From positions 30,442,001 through 30,506,000 of the forward strand of contig OX597822.1 in assembly GCA_951406725.2 (NCBI GenBank): a DNA stretch of 64,000 nucleotides, in the 5' to 3' direction. The DNA is from Octopus vulgaris (lineage: Eukaryota). The position numbers and the translations under genes were made by a program. The notes below the pieces were generated by a model. The model saw only the letters and a list, made by a program, of their open reading frames with translations, made no database searches and was not told the DNA's origin. Of this stretch, positions 13,086 to 27,260 are shown in pieces; positions within the stretch are counted from its first letter, which is position 1; every line of letters begins with the position of its first letter.

Positions 13086-13525
13086 CTTTCGTTCTTTTAC
13101 TTGCTTCAGTCATTTGACTACGGCCATGCTGGAGCACCGCTTTAGTCGAACAATTCGATACCAAGACTTATTATTTGTAAGCGTAGTACTTATTCTGTTG
13201 GCAACTTTTTTTTTCGAACCGCTAAGTTACAAGGATGTGAGCACACCGACATTGGTTGTCAAGTGATGGTGAGGGACAAACACAGACACACAAATTCGCA
13301 CACACTCACACAAACGCACGCTCATACACACACACACACATACACATACACACACACAAACAACAGGCTTCTCACACTTTCCTTCTGCCAAATCCACTCA
13401 CAAGGCTTTGGTCGGCCCGAGCCTATAGTAGAAGATACTAGATATAGTACAAGGTAAGGTGCCACGCAGTGGGACTGAAGCATGTGGTTAGTAAGCAAGC
13501 TGCTTACCACACAGCTACTCATGCG
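13086..13525 (-). mobile_element. SINE family A
   Basis: Reverse complement of the family A layout. Confidence 0.82.
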
Positions 13526-14501
13526 ATATATATATATATATATAGATATTAAGGTAAATATTTCAAATACCTGAAGATTGACTGTAACCATAACTCGAAT
13601 TATTACGAAATGGACAGCCATGAAACGATCATAGTGTTTTACTCATTATCTTTTATTAAACTTTTAATACTTTTGATATATATTTAAAATAATATAAATT
13701 AATTAATTTTATGTATTGGCTTAAGCTTTTCATTGTTTGATTTGCCTAATAGTGGTTTCATCTCTAATTTAATATATATATATATATATAAAGAATTTCG
13801 TTGAAGAAATATTCCCCACGTGGTGAGTTGTAGTGTAAAAATATATAATAAAAGAAGGAAAACTGCACACAGTTTTTATAGGTTTAACATATTTTAAAGG
13901 ATAGAATATTATCATATCCTACCGGTTTCGTGTGCCGCTGATCATGACATCGAAATTGGTGAAAAAATTGCAATTTCGTATTTTCTTAAGAAGCTTTTAG
14001 TCCATGTTGCACATATGAGAGCTTGTTAGTAAAATTTTACTATGTATGTACATCCATCTGTTACATAATGTCGGTATAAGCAGGCATAACTGAATGAATA
14101 AATTGTATGGGAGCCCATTGAATGGGTCGTACCTGAACTTTCTAGATCCACCTGGCCGAGTCAGATATTGTGCCGTGCTGATTCTACCTAAGAATTAAAT
14201 ACAAGATGCGTGTATTTGTAATAATCATCCAATTCGCACAAAGGTGATTGAGCAGGTTGTTCATTTAATCGAATAACTGGACGTTCAATGCCAAAATTCG
14301 ACCTGAACTTACATCATACAGACCAAGATTATCCCTTAAAGTATATGATGAGGAACATAGGGTGCCAAAGAAAGAGAGAATCACGAAATGCATTTTTCCC
14401 GTGTTAGATATACGGCGGTTCAAATTGTCAATTACGGTAGTCTTTTAAAATATGAATAAAAAAATGGTGGCATTTACTTATAACATTATTACTATTTAGT
14501 G

Positions 14502-15003
14502 TGGAGGCTGCCCAGTCGTTAGGGCAGCGGACACGCGGTCGTAGGATCGCGGTTTCGATTCTCAGACCGGGCATTGTGAGTGTTTATTTAGCAAAAACAT
14601 TTAAAGCTCCACGAGGCGCCGGCAGGGGGCGGTGATGAACTCTTTCACCACAACTTTCTCTTACTCTTTCTTCATGTTTCTGTTGTACCTGTATTTTAAA
14701 GAGGCCAGCCTTCTCACACTCTGTGTCACGCTGAATCACCCCAAGAACTACGTTAAGGGTACACGTGTCTGTGGAGTGCTCAACCACTTGCACGTTAATA
14801 AATGAGCTGCGACGTCACTGGTGCCAAGCTGTATCGGCCTGTGCCTTTCCTTTGGATCATATCGGTGGCGTGGAGAGGAGAGGCTGGTATGCATGGGCAA
14901 CTGCTGGTCTTCCATAAACAGCCTTGCCCAGACTTTTGCCTCGGAGGGTAACTTTCTAGGTGCAATCCCATGGTCATTCATGACCGAAGGGGGTCACAAC
15001 AAC
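14502..15003 (+). mobile_element. SINE family B, composite, with target-site duplication
   Basis: tRNA-like head GGAGGCTGCCCAGTCGTTAGGGCAGCGG...GGTTTCGATTC; ATTACTATTTAGTGT on both flanks. Confidence 0.85.
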
Positions 15004-15324
15004 ATTACTATTTAGTGTTAAATAGTGAACTTTGTGTTAAAAAATGAGATTGAAAAATTAACGATGATACTCTATATAGTGTGGTCTCACCCGCAAGACA
15101 TACGAGACAACTGAAGTTTAAATCTATTATTTTACATTTAGGCCTTATTATGATTTAATTTCTTTGCTAGACAAAGTGAGATTCGAGGTAGATTTATTTT
15201 TATTCTGTTTTTATAGTATGATTTGACTTTTAATCTTACCAACTTTGTATTGCCATATAATTCTTTATCTTTGTATGTGTATGTTTGCCCATCTAATTCT
15301 GCTTCTAATATCTTACCAATACAG

Positions 15325-15481
15325 AGAAGCGATTATACTGGGTTGATGCCCGATCCAACAAAATTGCTTCGATGACCACCGACGGCAAGCATCAATATAT
15401 ACTTTACAATGAATCGGACGCCCATTATTTTGGTATTGCTCTGTCTGGTGATTACCTTTACCTTACAGACTGGTCACGAAA
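15325..15481 (+). CDS. LDLR/LRP-family receptor exon d (YWTD repeats; not in ORF track)
   Basis: Acceptor caatacag, donor gtaagt, phase 1-2; EKRLYWVDARSNKIASMTTDGK...HYFGIALSGDYLYLTDWSR. Confidence 0.93.
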
Positions 15482-15718
15482 GTAAGTATAACATTATGAC
15501 GTGTAATATGGGAAAATATTTTCTTCAGCATAGCCACAACTAGAACGTATTTATAGCTCATTAAATCAGAACTGATCAGAAATCTAAGTAATAAGAACCA
15601 AATTTACAAAACTATTTCGACAAGAAATGGTTACAGTGCAGTTCTCCTATTACATACTGTAGTCTTGAATTAGAAAAAAGGGTATATTGTACAATGCAAT
15701 TATATGTACAAAAACGAG

Positions 15719-15770
<52 letters not shown>

Positions 15771-15779
15771 TATACACAC

Positions 15780-16923
<1,144 letters not shown>

Positions 16924-17162
16924 TATATATACATATATACACATGCATATGAATATACATACATATATATCTACATACAAACACACACACACATACACAC
17001 ATATATCTTACATACATTACAAAGTATAAGTGAAAGGCGATGTTTCTTTTAGGTACAGCTAGAGAAAATGTTATAAAGAGAACAATGTTTTACGCTACTC
17101 TTTAGTCAACTGAGAAATTTGTCAATTCATGTCCCAGTTATGTTGTTATATAGTCATGCTGG

Positions 17163-17765
17163 AGGTTGCGAGCTGGCAGAAACGTTAGCACGCCGGGTGA
17201 AATGCTTAGCGGTATTTCGTCTGTCGCTACGTTCTGAGTTCAAATTCCGCGGAGGTCGACTTTGCCTTTCATCCTTTCGGGGTCGATTAAATACGTACCA
17301 GTTACGCACTGACGTCGATGTAATCGACTTAATCCGTTTGTCTGTCCTTGTTCGTCCCCTCTGTGTTTAGCCCCTTGTGGGTAGTAAAGAAAAAGGTATT
17401 TCGTCTGCCGTTACGTTCTGAGTTCAAATTCCGCCGAGGTCGACTTTGCCTTTCATCCTCTCGGGGTCGATAAATTAAGTACCAATTACGCACTGGGGTC
17501 GATGTAATCGACTTAATCCCTTTGTCTGTCCTTGTTTGTCCCCTCTATGTTTAGCCCTTTGTGGGCAATAAAGAAATAAGAAACGTTAGTACTCTGGCCA
17601 AAATGCTTTGAGGCATTTCACTTGTGTTTAGTTCTTAGTTCAAATTCCATCGAGTTCGACCTTGCCTATGATAAAATATGTACCGGTTGAACACTGGGGT
17701 AGACCTAATCGACATTTTCCCCACTCAGGAAATTGCTGGCCTTGTGCCAAAATTTGAAATCATTA
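17163..17765 (+). mobile_element. tandem array of three SINE family D units
   Basis: Core repeated near 17240, 17420 and 17640. Confidence 0.85.
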
Positions 17766-18469
17766 TTTAGTCATGTTTAGGACTTTAGCATTTGATAGCT
17801 TAACAACATAGTTATATGCAAGTAATCCATTCACTTCTGCAGATGAGTCCTGTGAGGTTTGTAGTAAACTTGCTTGCCAGAGATTTGCGTCATATACATT
17901 AATTCTGCATGATATGCATCATATGTAAAAAAAGTAGCTGCTTGGTGGTCAATTAATTTTGAAGTAAGTTAATAGTAGTTGCTATCGTTGAGTCAAGGTC
18001 ACATACTTATTGGAAAGGTAGAGTCTATTCAGAGTGCCGGAAATTGACATGTTTATAATGAGAAACAAGGTCGAACCTACCACACGAGGGTTAAACGCAG
18101 AATGTAGGTGGCTTTAACTAAAAACTACAGGGCATTTTGTTTGGAGCTCTATCAATTTTTCTATCCAGTAATAAATAAAATATCGACCACAAGGTCATAA
18201 AACACTGTTTTAAATAAAGAAGTGAGTGCAAATATTATTGTCATGGGATGGGCATTAACAATAGCTTTACCACAATAAACTTGGAAAAATTCACAAAACG
18301 AAAACCTGTTGAACAAGTTCTTGCTAACAGCGTACACTTTACGGAATATCTGTGAAAATTACTAGGAGCAAAATATCTAAGAATTTCTTCTAAAGAGAGT
18401 AAAACTTTGTATATACGGTTAGATAAAGAAAACTGATAAATTACTGAATTTGAACAAAGGTACAGTCAA

Positions 18470-18830
18470 TAAGCAGCGGCCATCATGTGGCACCGCCTTG
18501 AAGAATTCGTTTTAGTTAAATGAATCGACCCTAGTCCTTATTTTTTGTTATTCTATCAGTCTCGGCGAACTGCTAAGTTACGGAAACACGTAAACATTGG
18601 CTGTTAAGCGGTGGGGTGGGATGGGGTGAAGACTTAGACCCAAACCGCACCCCCCCACAACACACGCACATGCGGCGGGCTTCTTTCAGTCTCCGTCTAT
18701 CAAATCCACTCACAATGATTTGGTCGGCCCGAGGCTATAGCACAAGACACCTGAGGTGCCACGCTGTGGGACTGAAGTCGGGACCATGTGGTGGGGAAGC
18801 AAATTTCTTCCCATACAGCCACGCTTGCGC
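18470..18830 (-). mobile_element. degenerate SINE family A
   Basis: CAAATCCACTCACA...GGTCGGCCCGAGGCTATAG. Confidence 0.7.
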
Positions 18831-18908
18831 CAAATATGTATATAGGCGCAAGCGTGACTGATAGATATATCCATCCATCGATCCATCCATCAATCCATCG
18901 ATCGATCC

Positions 18909-18959
<51 letters not shown>

Positions 18960-19816
18960 CAGGTGCAGGCGTGGGGTGTGGATAAAAATAGTTCACTCTG
19001 TAAAACCATGTGCGTTCTAATTAAGTCTGACTGCGTGGCACCTTCAGCCAATCACTGCGCTGTGAGAGAATTTGTAGCAGACGTAGGAAAGGAAAACAAA
19101 ATGAATACTCATAAACAAAAATAAACTCAGAAAAAAGGCAATTAAAAAAAAGGAAAAAAAAAAACATTGAAACGATTATAAGAGAGAATGCGGGAAGTAG
19201 AGAAAATAATATCAATACGGTGAATAACCTAAAAAGCAATCCTTATATTATATTAATGACTCTAGAGGCTTTAGAGATCGAAAAGAAACAATTGTTATTA
19301 TTGTTTCAGGATGCAAAATATTTTCAAAAAGCATGCACAATTAGAAAAGCGGATATGTACACTATAATGTGTGTGTGTGTGTGAGTTAATGATTTCTCCT
19401 GCAACAGTTCTACTTTGTCTAAGTGTATTCAAGTAACAATACAACAGCGCATGCCTAGACATATCAACAGAAAGATTATGAGACGTCAATATATACTTTG
19501 CTAAGGACTTTAAAGAGAAAAACAGCTGCTGTCGTGTTTCAGTTTTAGTGATGAAAGTGAAAGAGGAACTAAGTATAAATACTTAGAAATAAGAACAAAC
19601 GTGTAAATTGAAAACATAAATAGAACGAGTAAAAGAAAGCGGATAAAGATTAAAATGTCATCAACAGAAACAGATACAAAGAAACACAATAGAAGAACAA
19701 TCTAAGTCATTGTACTGTGATTAAGGAGCTCCTTTTGATATCGTGTAGTTCCTGAATCAGTCCCACTGTGAAGCACCTTGTGAATGAATTCGGTAGGCAG
19801 GAACTGTGTGGAAGCC

Positions 19817-20034
19817 TCGGCGAGCTGGCAGAAATGTTAGCACGCCGGGCGAAATGCGCAGCCGTATTTCGTCTGCCGTTACGTTCTGAGTTCAAATTCC
19901 GCCGAGGTCGACTTTGCCTTTCATCTTTTCGGGGTCGATAAATAAAATACCAGTTACGCACTGGGGTCGATGTAATCGACTTAATCCCTTTGTTTGTCCC
20001 CTCTATGTTTAGCCCCTTGTGGGCAATAAAGAAA
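19817..20034 (+). mobile_element. SINE family D
   Basis: Full family D layout. Confidence 0.85.
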
Positions 20035-20177
20035 TGTATATATGTGTGTGTGCGTGTGTATGTGTATGTTCTTGAGCTTATGTTTGTTCCTCGATTCCAC
20101 TTGACAACTGGGGGTGGTTTGTGGACGTCCCCATAATCTAGCAGTTAGGCAAAAGAATCAGCAGAATAACATTAAAT

Positions 20178-20490
20178 ATTTGTCCTCATCTTGTTTGTTG
20201 TTAACACAACGTTTCGGTTGATATATCCTCCAGCCTGGGTTCTCATTCCTAAGGCATTTTCCATGTTATTACTATTATTGTTGTTGTTGTTCCGGTCACT
20301 GCTTCGAACTCAGAATCTTGGGGTTAGTAGCCCTCTCTCTTAACCACTATGCCATATGGCCGTGGGCAATTATGGAGTGAATTTTAGGGCTTTTAAATCT
20401 AATATTTTCCATAGAAAAATATTAGACATAGGCTGGAGGGTATATCAGCCGAAACGTTGTGTTAACAATAAACAAGATGAGGACAAATAT
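20178..20490. repeat. inverted repeat (about 60-bp arms) of Penelope-like terminal sequence
   Basis: 20178-20237 is the reverse complement of 20430-20489 (GGCTGGAGGGTATATCAGCCGAAACGTTG). Confidence 0.8.
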
Positions 20491-20899
20491 CGTCGAATGT
20501 AAATAATGTAAATAATGTACTTAATTCCTCATCTCTTAACTATAGAACTGTATCAGCAGAATAAGTTGTAGATTTAAAAATAAATACTGGGATCGATTTG
20601 TTCGACTTAACTTTTCAAGGCGGTGCTCCAGTATGACAACAGTGAAATAAAAATTTTAAAAGATTTTAAAAAGTAGTGCATAGAAAATTAGCAAAGTTAG
20701 TTCTTCTCATAGTATATATTAAAGAACACAAACTATTTTTTTTATAAAGAAAACAGAAGGGGGGACGTTCTCAAAATAGTACGCATATATACTGATTATC
20801 TAACATAGCCTCAATACCACAAAATATACCGATTTCAACCGAATGGAAAGCAAATTCATTTTCGACGAGATTTGAAATCAGGGCCTCAGAAGTGTAAGT

Positions 20900-21078
20900 A
20901 AATGGCTTAGCGGCATTTCGCCTGTCTTTACTTTCTGGGTTTAAATTCCATCGAGGTCGACTTTGCCTTTCATCCTTTCGGGGTCAATAAAATAAGTACT
21001 AGTTTTGTACGGGGGTGGGATGTAATCAACTATCACAACCCTTCGCAATTTAAGGCCTTGTGCCTATAATAGAATGGG
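20900..21078 (+). mobile_element. SINE family D
   Basis: Family D core. Confidence 0.78.
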
Positions 21079-21100
21079 ATGGTTTACATGTGAGTAGAGA

Positions 21101-21420
21101 AGGCACGTGGCTTGGTGGTTAGGGGTATTGGGTTCCCGATCGTAAGGGCGTGAGTTCGATTCTTGGCGGCGCTTGTGTCCTTGAACAAGGCACCTTATTT
21201 CACGTTGCTTCAGTTCATTCAGCTGGCAAAAATGATTTATACCTGTAATTCAAAGGGCCGGCCTTGTTACATTTTGCGTCACGCTCAATTCCCTTGAGAA
21301 CTTCGTTAAGGGTACGTGTGTTTGTGGAGTACTCAGCCACTTGCAAAATAATTTCACTAGCAGGTTGTTCCTTTGATCGGATCAACTGGAACCTGCATCG
21401 TTTTAACCAAAGAAGTATCA
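21101..21420 (+). mobile_element. SINE family C head with family-B-type tail
   Basis: TTGTGTCCTTGAACAAGGCAC...CAGCTGGCAAAAATGA followed by the GTCACGCT...AAGGGTACGTGTG module. Confidence 0.75.
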
Positions 21421-21489
21421 GTTTTTGAAATGTGAGTAATCATGTCTCATTGGAATTGGATTTAGTTATAATGGTTAAATATTTTGGCA

Positions 21490-21702
21490 CAAATTCAGCA
21501 ATTTTAGGGGAAGGGAAGTAAATCGATTACATCGTCCCCTGCTGCTCAGCTCCACTGCTCAACTGGTACTTACTTTATCGATCCTGAAGGGATGAAAGGC
21601 AAAGTCAACCTCAGCGGAATTTGAACTCACAACGTAAGGAGAGACGAAATGCCGCTAAGCAGTTAGTCCGGCGTGCTAGCGATCCCGGCAACTCGCCACC
21701 TT
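21490..21702 (-). mobile_element. SINE family D
   Basis: Reverse complement of family D. Confidence 0.8.
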
Positions 21703-21751
21703 CGATTTAGTTATATTAACAACGCTTTATAATAATATAACTTCAAGATAG

Positions 21752-21960
21752 AGCGCTGGCAGAATCGTTGGCAGGCGGCACAAAATACTTAGCGGACTGT
21801 CTTCTAATTTTACTTTCTGAGTTCAAACTCTGCCGGGATCGACTTTGCTTTTCATCCTTTTGGCGGTCAATAAAATAAGTACCAGTGTTATTCTAGACTC
21901 GATGTAATCCGCTAGCCTCATTCTAGAATATCAGGCCTTGTGCCTATAATAGGCAGGATT
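21752..21960 (+). mobile_element. SINE family D
   Basis: Family D core; inverted relative to 21490-21702. Confidence 0.78.
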
Positions 21961-22388
21961 CTAAGGCATGTCGTAGTTATTGTTGTTTAAACCAATGTAA
22001 TCTCAGAATTGGTTGACCCTGGGCTAAACAACAATATGACGTTTATGATCAAATCGTTTCGGCCATGAGCATTCCATCTTATTTTCAGACAATGTACGAG
22101 AGGAGTGTTATTTAAATTGTATAGTTCTGTTTTTATTATGTATTATCTATTTCTGTTTTTTTTTGGAGATATTTAGGTGTGGTTTGATGTTTGATGGGAA
22201 CTGGCTGCTTGTGTTCTTTTTACGAGTTGGCCAAAACTGTCATTCGCACGCCCTGTCTTTGTAGCGTATAATACGACACCTACTGTATTAGTAATTGTAG
22301 TCCGGTGTAGATTCTCGTTGGCCGTAATACATTAAAAACATTTATGCTGTCGCACACAGTGATAATGTAAAACCATAGCAGCCCCACT

Positions 22389-22824
22389 CGGAACTTTTCG
22401 GTTTGAACGGCAGTTTTTTCTAGCGGTGCCATATGAAATTGTCACCCATAATTATGACCCTAGAATCGATCTATTACATTTCAATCTGTTTTAGGGTCAG
22501 GGTTAGAGATAGGGTTAGTTAGGGTTAGGGGTGGGGAGTATCTTTTTTTCTTCACAAATGTAAATAAACCCAATCTGTTTCTTAAACGAGGGACATATTC
22601 ATACGGCACAGAATGTTTTCACCTCAATAGACGGTCATTGATTGGTTGAAAGTGCCGAAATGCAAGAAATTAAAGACCAAATATCTTACAAACTATAGAA
22701 TTTTCTCATTAAAGCCAAGAGAAAAAGACGTTTTATAAACACATTCTACCAGTATACGAAGTTTAAAATTTCTTAGTTACCTAGAAATTATGTTAAAAAC
22801 TGCCGTTCAAACCAAAAAGATCCG
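22389..22824. mobile_element. MITE with about 30-bp TIRs and internal TTAGGG-like repeats
   Basis: CGGAACTTTTCGGTTTGAACGGCAGTTTTT ... AAAAACTGCCGTTCAAACCAAAAAGATCCG. Confidence 0.8.
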
Positions 22825-23801
22825 CCCCCTCAACTAATATTAGTTGAATTACTGCTTCCATACGACTGAGTTTTCTGAAGAGAACAACCATCAAAGCACA
22901 CCAAATTAGACAATAGAACTGAAAAATAGATATAGTATTGATTTAAAGATTCGGCATTTGTTCTTAATAATTAACATATTACATCCGACACTTAGAAATG
23001 TAGTGGTTGTTGTTTAATTTAGGATACATATAGTCATCAAGGCGAAGGCATGTGGCTTAGAGATTAGTGTGTGATCGTGAAGTCTTTGGTTCAATTCCTA
23101 GATCGGGTGATGTTTTGTGTCATGTAGTGAATCTACTAGGTACTGGTGCAGACTCTTTACCCCAAGCTGGCATACACTAGATGTTTCGCTGGGTCAAGTG
23201 GGAGAAGGGTGGATGTATTTATCCCTTACTACATAACAGCTAAAACAGTTATCAAAAGCAGGGTACATGTTACCAATCCCTACTCGCTTACCAGTGGCGG
23301 CTGGTTCGACTTTACTGCACATATCCCCTACGATAAAAGAACGTACTGCAATTTAGATACTATAGAAAAGGCAAAATCACGATCTGCTGTTGTACCTTAA
23401 ATGTTGTAGCTTAAATTAAATAAAAAATTAGTAACGGACGAAATGAAACTTTTGACTTATTAAGAGATAAGAAAAGGCGCTGTGATATTTTAATCTATAA
23501 ACCGTTGCTTTAAACATACAGAAAGTATTTTCGAGCAAGCAACCACGAAGACGGTTATTGGTGAATTGAGAGCGCATATAATGTTTCTTCTTCCATTTAT
23601 GCATTAGCACAAGAAAGAAAATAATTCTCTTCCATTAGTAAAATGCAAAAAAATAAAGAAATCATGGAATCCATAAAGAAATGGTGTAAAATCGCCTATA
23701 CAGTTATTTTTTTTAATCATACATGTGATAGGTGTCTAAATATACAAACACACGAAAATAATTATACACGCAGACTCTCACAAACATAGACACACTATTT
23801 A

Positions 23802-24033
23802 AGGCGGCGAGCTGGCAGGATCGGTTGCACGCCGGGTGAAATGCCTAGGGGTATTTTGACTGCCGTTACGTTCTGAGTTAAAATTCCGCTAAGGTCGAAT
23901 TTGCCTTTCATTCTTTCAGGGTCGATAATTTAAGTACCAGTTACGCACTGGAGTCGATGTAATCGCCTTAATCCCTTTGTCTGTCCTTGTTTGTCCTCTC
24001 TGTGTTTAGCCCCTTGTGGGTAGTAAAGAAATA
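23802..24033 (+). mobile_element. SINE family D with target-site duplication
   Basis: CAAACATAGACACACT on both sides. Confidence 0.88.
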
Positions 24034-24381
24034 ACAAACATAGACACACTCTCGATCCTTCAAAGCTTGAAACTGAAGAACGTCGAGGATATGAAAGATG
24101 AAAGGGAAGGGATTTGCATGAACACTTAGATGATTCTCGCTTTTCAGCAACTTGAATTAGTACACTTTTCTGCAGTACACAACATGCTTCCCAGGATAGT
24201 AATTGAACACTCGATTATAAGCCTAACATTCATTGCCACTAGATCACGCACCTTCACACACACATATTTGTTTGCATGTTTGTGTGTATGCCTATATCTG
24301 TGTGTAAATATATTGACGTGAAGGGTGAAAAACTTGTATAGTGTGATGACTATGAATAATGTAATATATATTTCTTGACAG

Positions 24382-24497
24382 TTCCTTAATGCGTTTGCCA
24401 AAGAAAGGCGGTCAGTTGGAGAATTTCTGGGATGGCACGTCAAAATTTGTGCGGTTAAACGACATACATGCATTCAACTCAACTGAAATAATCTCTG
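24382..24497 (+). CDS. LDLR/LRP-family receptor exon e (end of propeller; not in ORF track)
   Basis: Acceptor tttcttgacag, donor gtaagt, phase 2-1 matching both neighbours; SLMRLPKKGGQLENFWDGTSKFVRLNDIHAFNST. Confidence 0.85.
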
Positions 24498-24917
24498 GTA
24501 AGTGGAGTCCGATTTTAACTTCATTTATGTAATATCTTGAGCTAGGTTTGTTTACAGGTTCCAAGATCTTTGTTCATCTCAAACAAGTTCCACATCTCCA
24601 AGCTCCACGTCTAATGTCCTACATAAAAGGCCCGAACTCATCAAAGTTCCGAGGAAAGCTCTTCTTCAGAAGAGCTTTGGATTGTTGGCGACTTTTTCCC
24701 CCCTGTCTTCATTTTCTCTTGGACTTTCCTCTTTTTCCTGTTTATGAACAAGAACTTTGCTCGAAGCGTAAAATACCCTTTCTCTCCTTCACTGATCGTA
24801 TTTTAATACATTGCATGTACCACGTCCTCGCGATATGTATGTATGTATGTATATTAACATATACCTATCTTGCGTCTGTGAATGAAAAATTTCTTCCTTA
24901 ACTTTATATATATATAT

Positions 24918-25137
24918 ACTCTTTACCCTTTTACTTGTTTCAGTCATTTGACTGTGGCCATGTTGGAGCACCTCCTTTAGTCGAGCAAATCGACCCAAGG
25001 ACTTATTCTTTGTAAGCCTAGTACTTATTCTATCGGTCTCTTTTGCCGAACCACTAACTTACTGGGACGTAAACACATCAGCATCGGTTGTCAAGCGATG
25101 TTGGGTGGTGGGACAAACACACACACAAACATAAACA

Positions 25138-25217
<80 letters not shown>

Positions 25218-25373
25218 TACTACGGGCTTCTTTCAATTTCCGTCCACCAAATCCACTCACAAGGTTTTGGTCGGCCCGAGACTATAGTAGAAGACACTTG
25301 CCCAAAGTGCCACGCAGTGCGACTGAACATGTGATTCGCAAGCAAGCTACCTACCACACAGCCACTCCTACGC
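24918..25373 (-). mobile_element. SINE family A
   Basis: Reverse complement of family A with internal microsatellite. Confidence 0.85.
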
Positions 25374-25508
25374 TTATATATATAGGAAACATTTATTTAA
25401 TAATGCAGAATGCTCAAATGAAAGAAAATTTTAATAAAATGAGAAATTGATAAAATATATAAATATATATATTCAACCGGTTTTCGTCATTGTATGACTT
25501 GTCAAGAA

Positions 25509-25546
<38 letters not shown>

Positions 25547-26002
25547 TTTATGTATGAGCACACACTTACATGTGTGTGTACCCTCATACATACGTGCACA
25601 CTTAACATACACGCACAGTAGTGGGCACTCCTGTATGACTTTCTTGCAGTTGAAATCACAGTCAACTCTTTCACTTCCGGATAGTCTGAGGTCAAACATG
25701 TGAATTCAACTTACGTGTTTCTTTATCCTGGCTTTATTCTTTGTTTAATTTCCATTCCTCTCTTGCACCTCTTCCGTCTCCGTCTCTTCCCAGGCTTTCT
25801 TCATTTCCCTCTGGTACCCGAAGAAGCATACTGCATACTGTCCGAGACGCTACACACTTATACTTCGGTATTTACTAATTCATTAAATAACATTTTCTTT
25901 CTAATTTTCTATCGTTGAGCGATAACCTAATAATATTAACTCTTAAATTCTTTGAGCTATTGCTGGATTTTGTTATTTTGTTTGATATATATATATATAT
26001 AT

Positions 26003-26057
<55 letters not shown>

Positions 26058-26256
26058 CATATATACATACACAAAATATATATATATATAAATACATATA
26101 TATATACACAAAAAAATATATATATATAAATACATATATATATATATAAATACATATATATATATACACAATATATATATATATATATATGCGGCATATA
26201 CATTTGTAAGGAAATATATATATATATATTTTTAGACATATATATAGACAATATCA

Positions 26257-26642
26257 TATTTCTTAGCCATTTCTGTTTTGGTGTCTTCAAGCCATGAAGT
26301 CGTTGTTCTAAAAGAACGCTGGTCTCCTTGACAACGCATTACGACGTTGATTTCTTTACACTCCCTTCCCCACAGCTTCATGAGGGAGGGAAGGGGGAGA
26401 AGCAAACAGGTGCAGCTGTGAGCGTGGACGCCAACTCCACCGCCATCGACACACGAAAAATTATGCATTAAAATGGAATAAAAAATGATGTTAAATTATT
26501 TTTAAAATCGTAGACTCATCGTTGACGCGCGCTAATAGCCAGACGGGCTCGATATGAATCACGACTATAAGATATGCACCGCAAAATGTGGGAGTAGTTA
26601 TCTAAATAGACACTCACACAACTAGAGTTTTATATATATAGA
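26257..26642 (-). mobile_element. non-autonomous Helitron, 3'-truncated
   Basis: Reverse complement of about 26750-27165; 5' TCTATATATATAAAAC. Confidence 0.75.
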
Positions 26643-26647
26643 TATAT

Positions 26648-26722
<75 letters not shown>

Positions 26723-26748
26723 CATATATATATACATATATACATATA

Positions 26749-27260
26749 TCTATATATATAAAACTGTAGTTGTGTGAGTGTCTGTCCCCTTCGATTTAGA
26801 TTCCTAACTACTCCCACATTTTGCGGTGCAGTTTAACCAAATTCGGGTATCTTATAGTCGTGATTCATATCAAGCCCGTCTGAGTATTAGCGCGCGTCTA
26901 CGATGAGTCTACGATTTTAAAAATAATTTAACATCATTTTTTATTCCATTTTAATGCATAATTTTTCGTGTGTCGATGGCGGCGGAGTTGGCGTCCATGG
27001 TCACACCTGCACCTGTTTGCTTCTCCTCCTTCTTCCCTCCCTCGTGAAGCTGTGGGGAAGGGAGTGTAAGGAAATCAACGTCGTAAAGCGTTGTCAAGGA
27101 GACCAGCGTTCTTTTAGAACAACGACTTCATGGCTTGAAGACACCAAAACAGAAATGGCTAAGAAAGCCCGAATTGGCATCTATAAGGGAAGTAACTCTC
27201 TAAAAATGCTTATATAGTTATTTCCCTTACAAACCCGAGCAACGCCGGGTGATACTGCTA

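Noticed and set aside
22490-22537. Telomere or chromosome fusion site
   Set aside because: Short, degenerate and internal to a TIR element
24558-24901. Possible exon after a 60-nt intron (acceptor tttacag at 24557)
   Set aside because: No EGF cysteine pattern, it runs into Penelope-like repeat sequence, and the expected EGF exon is at 53164
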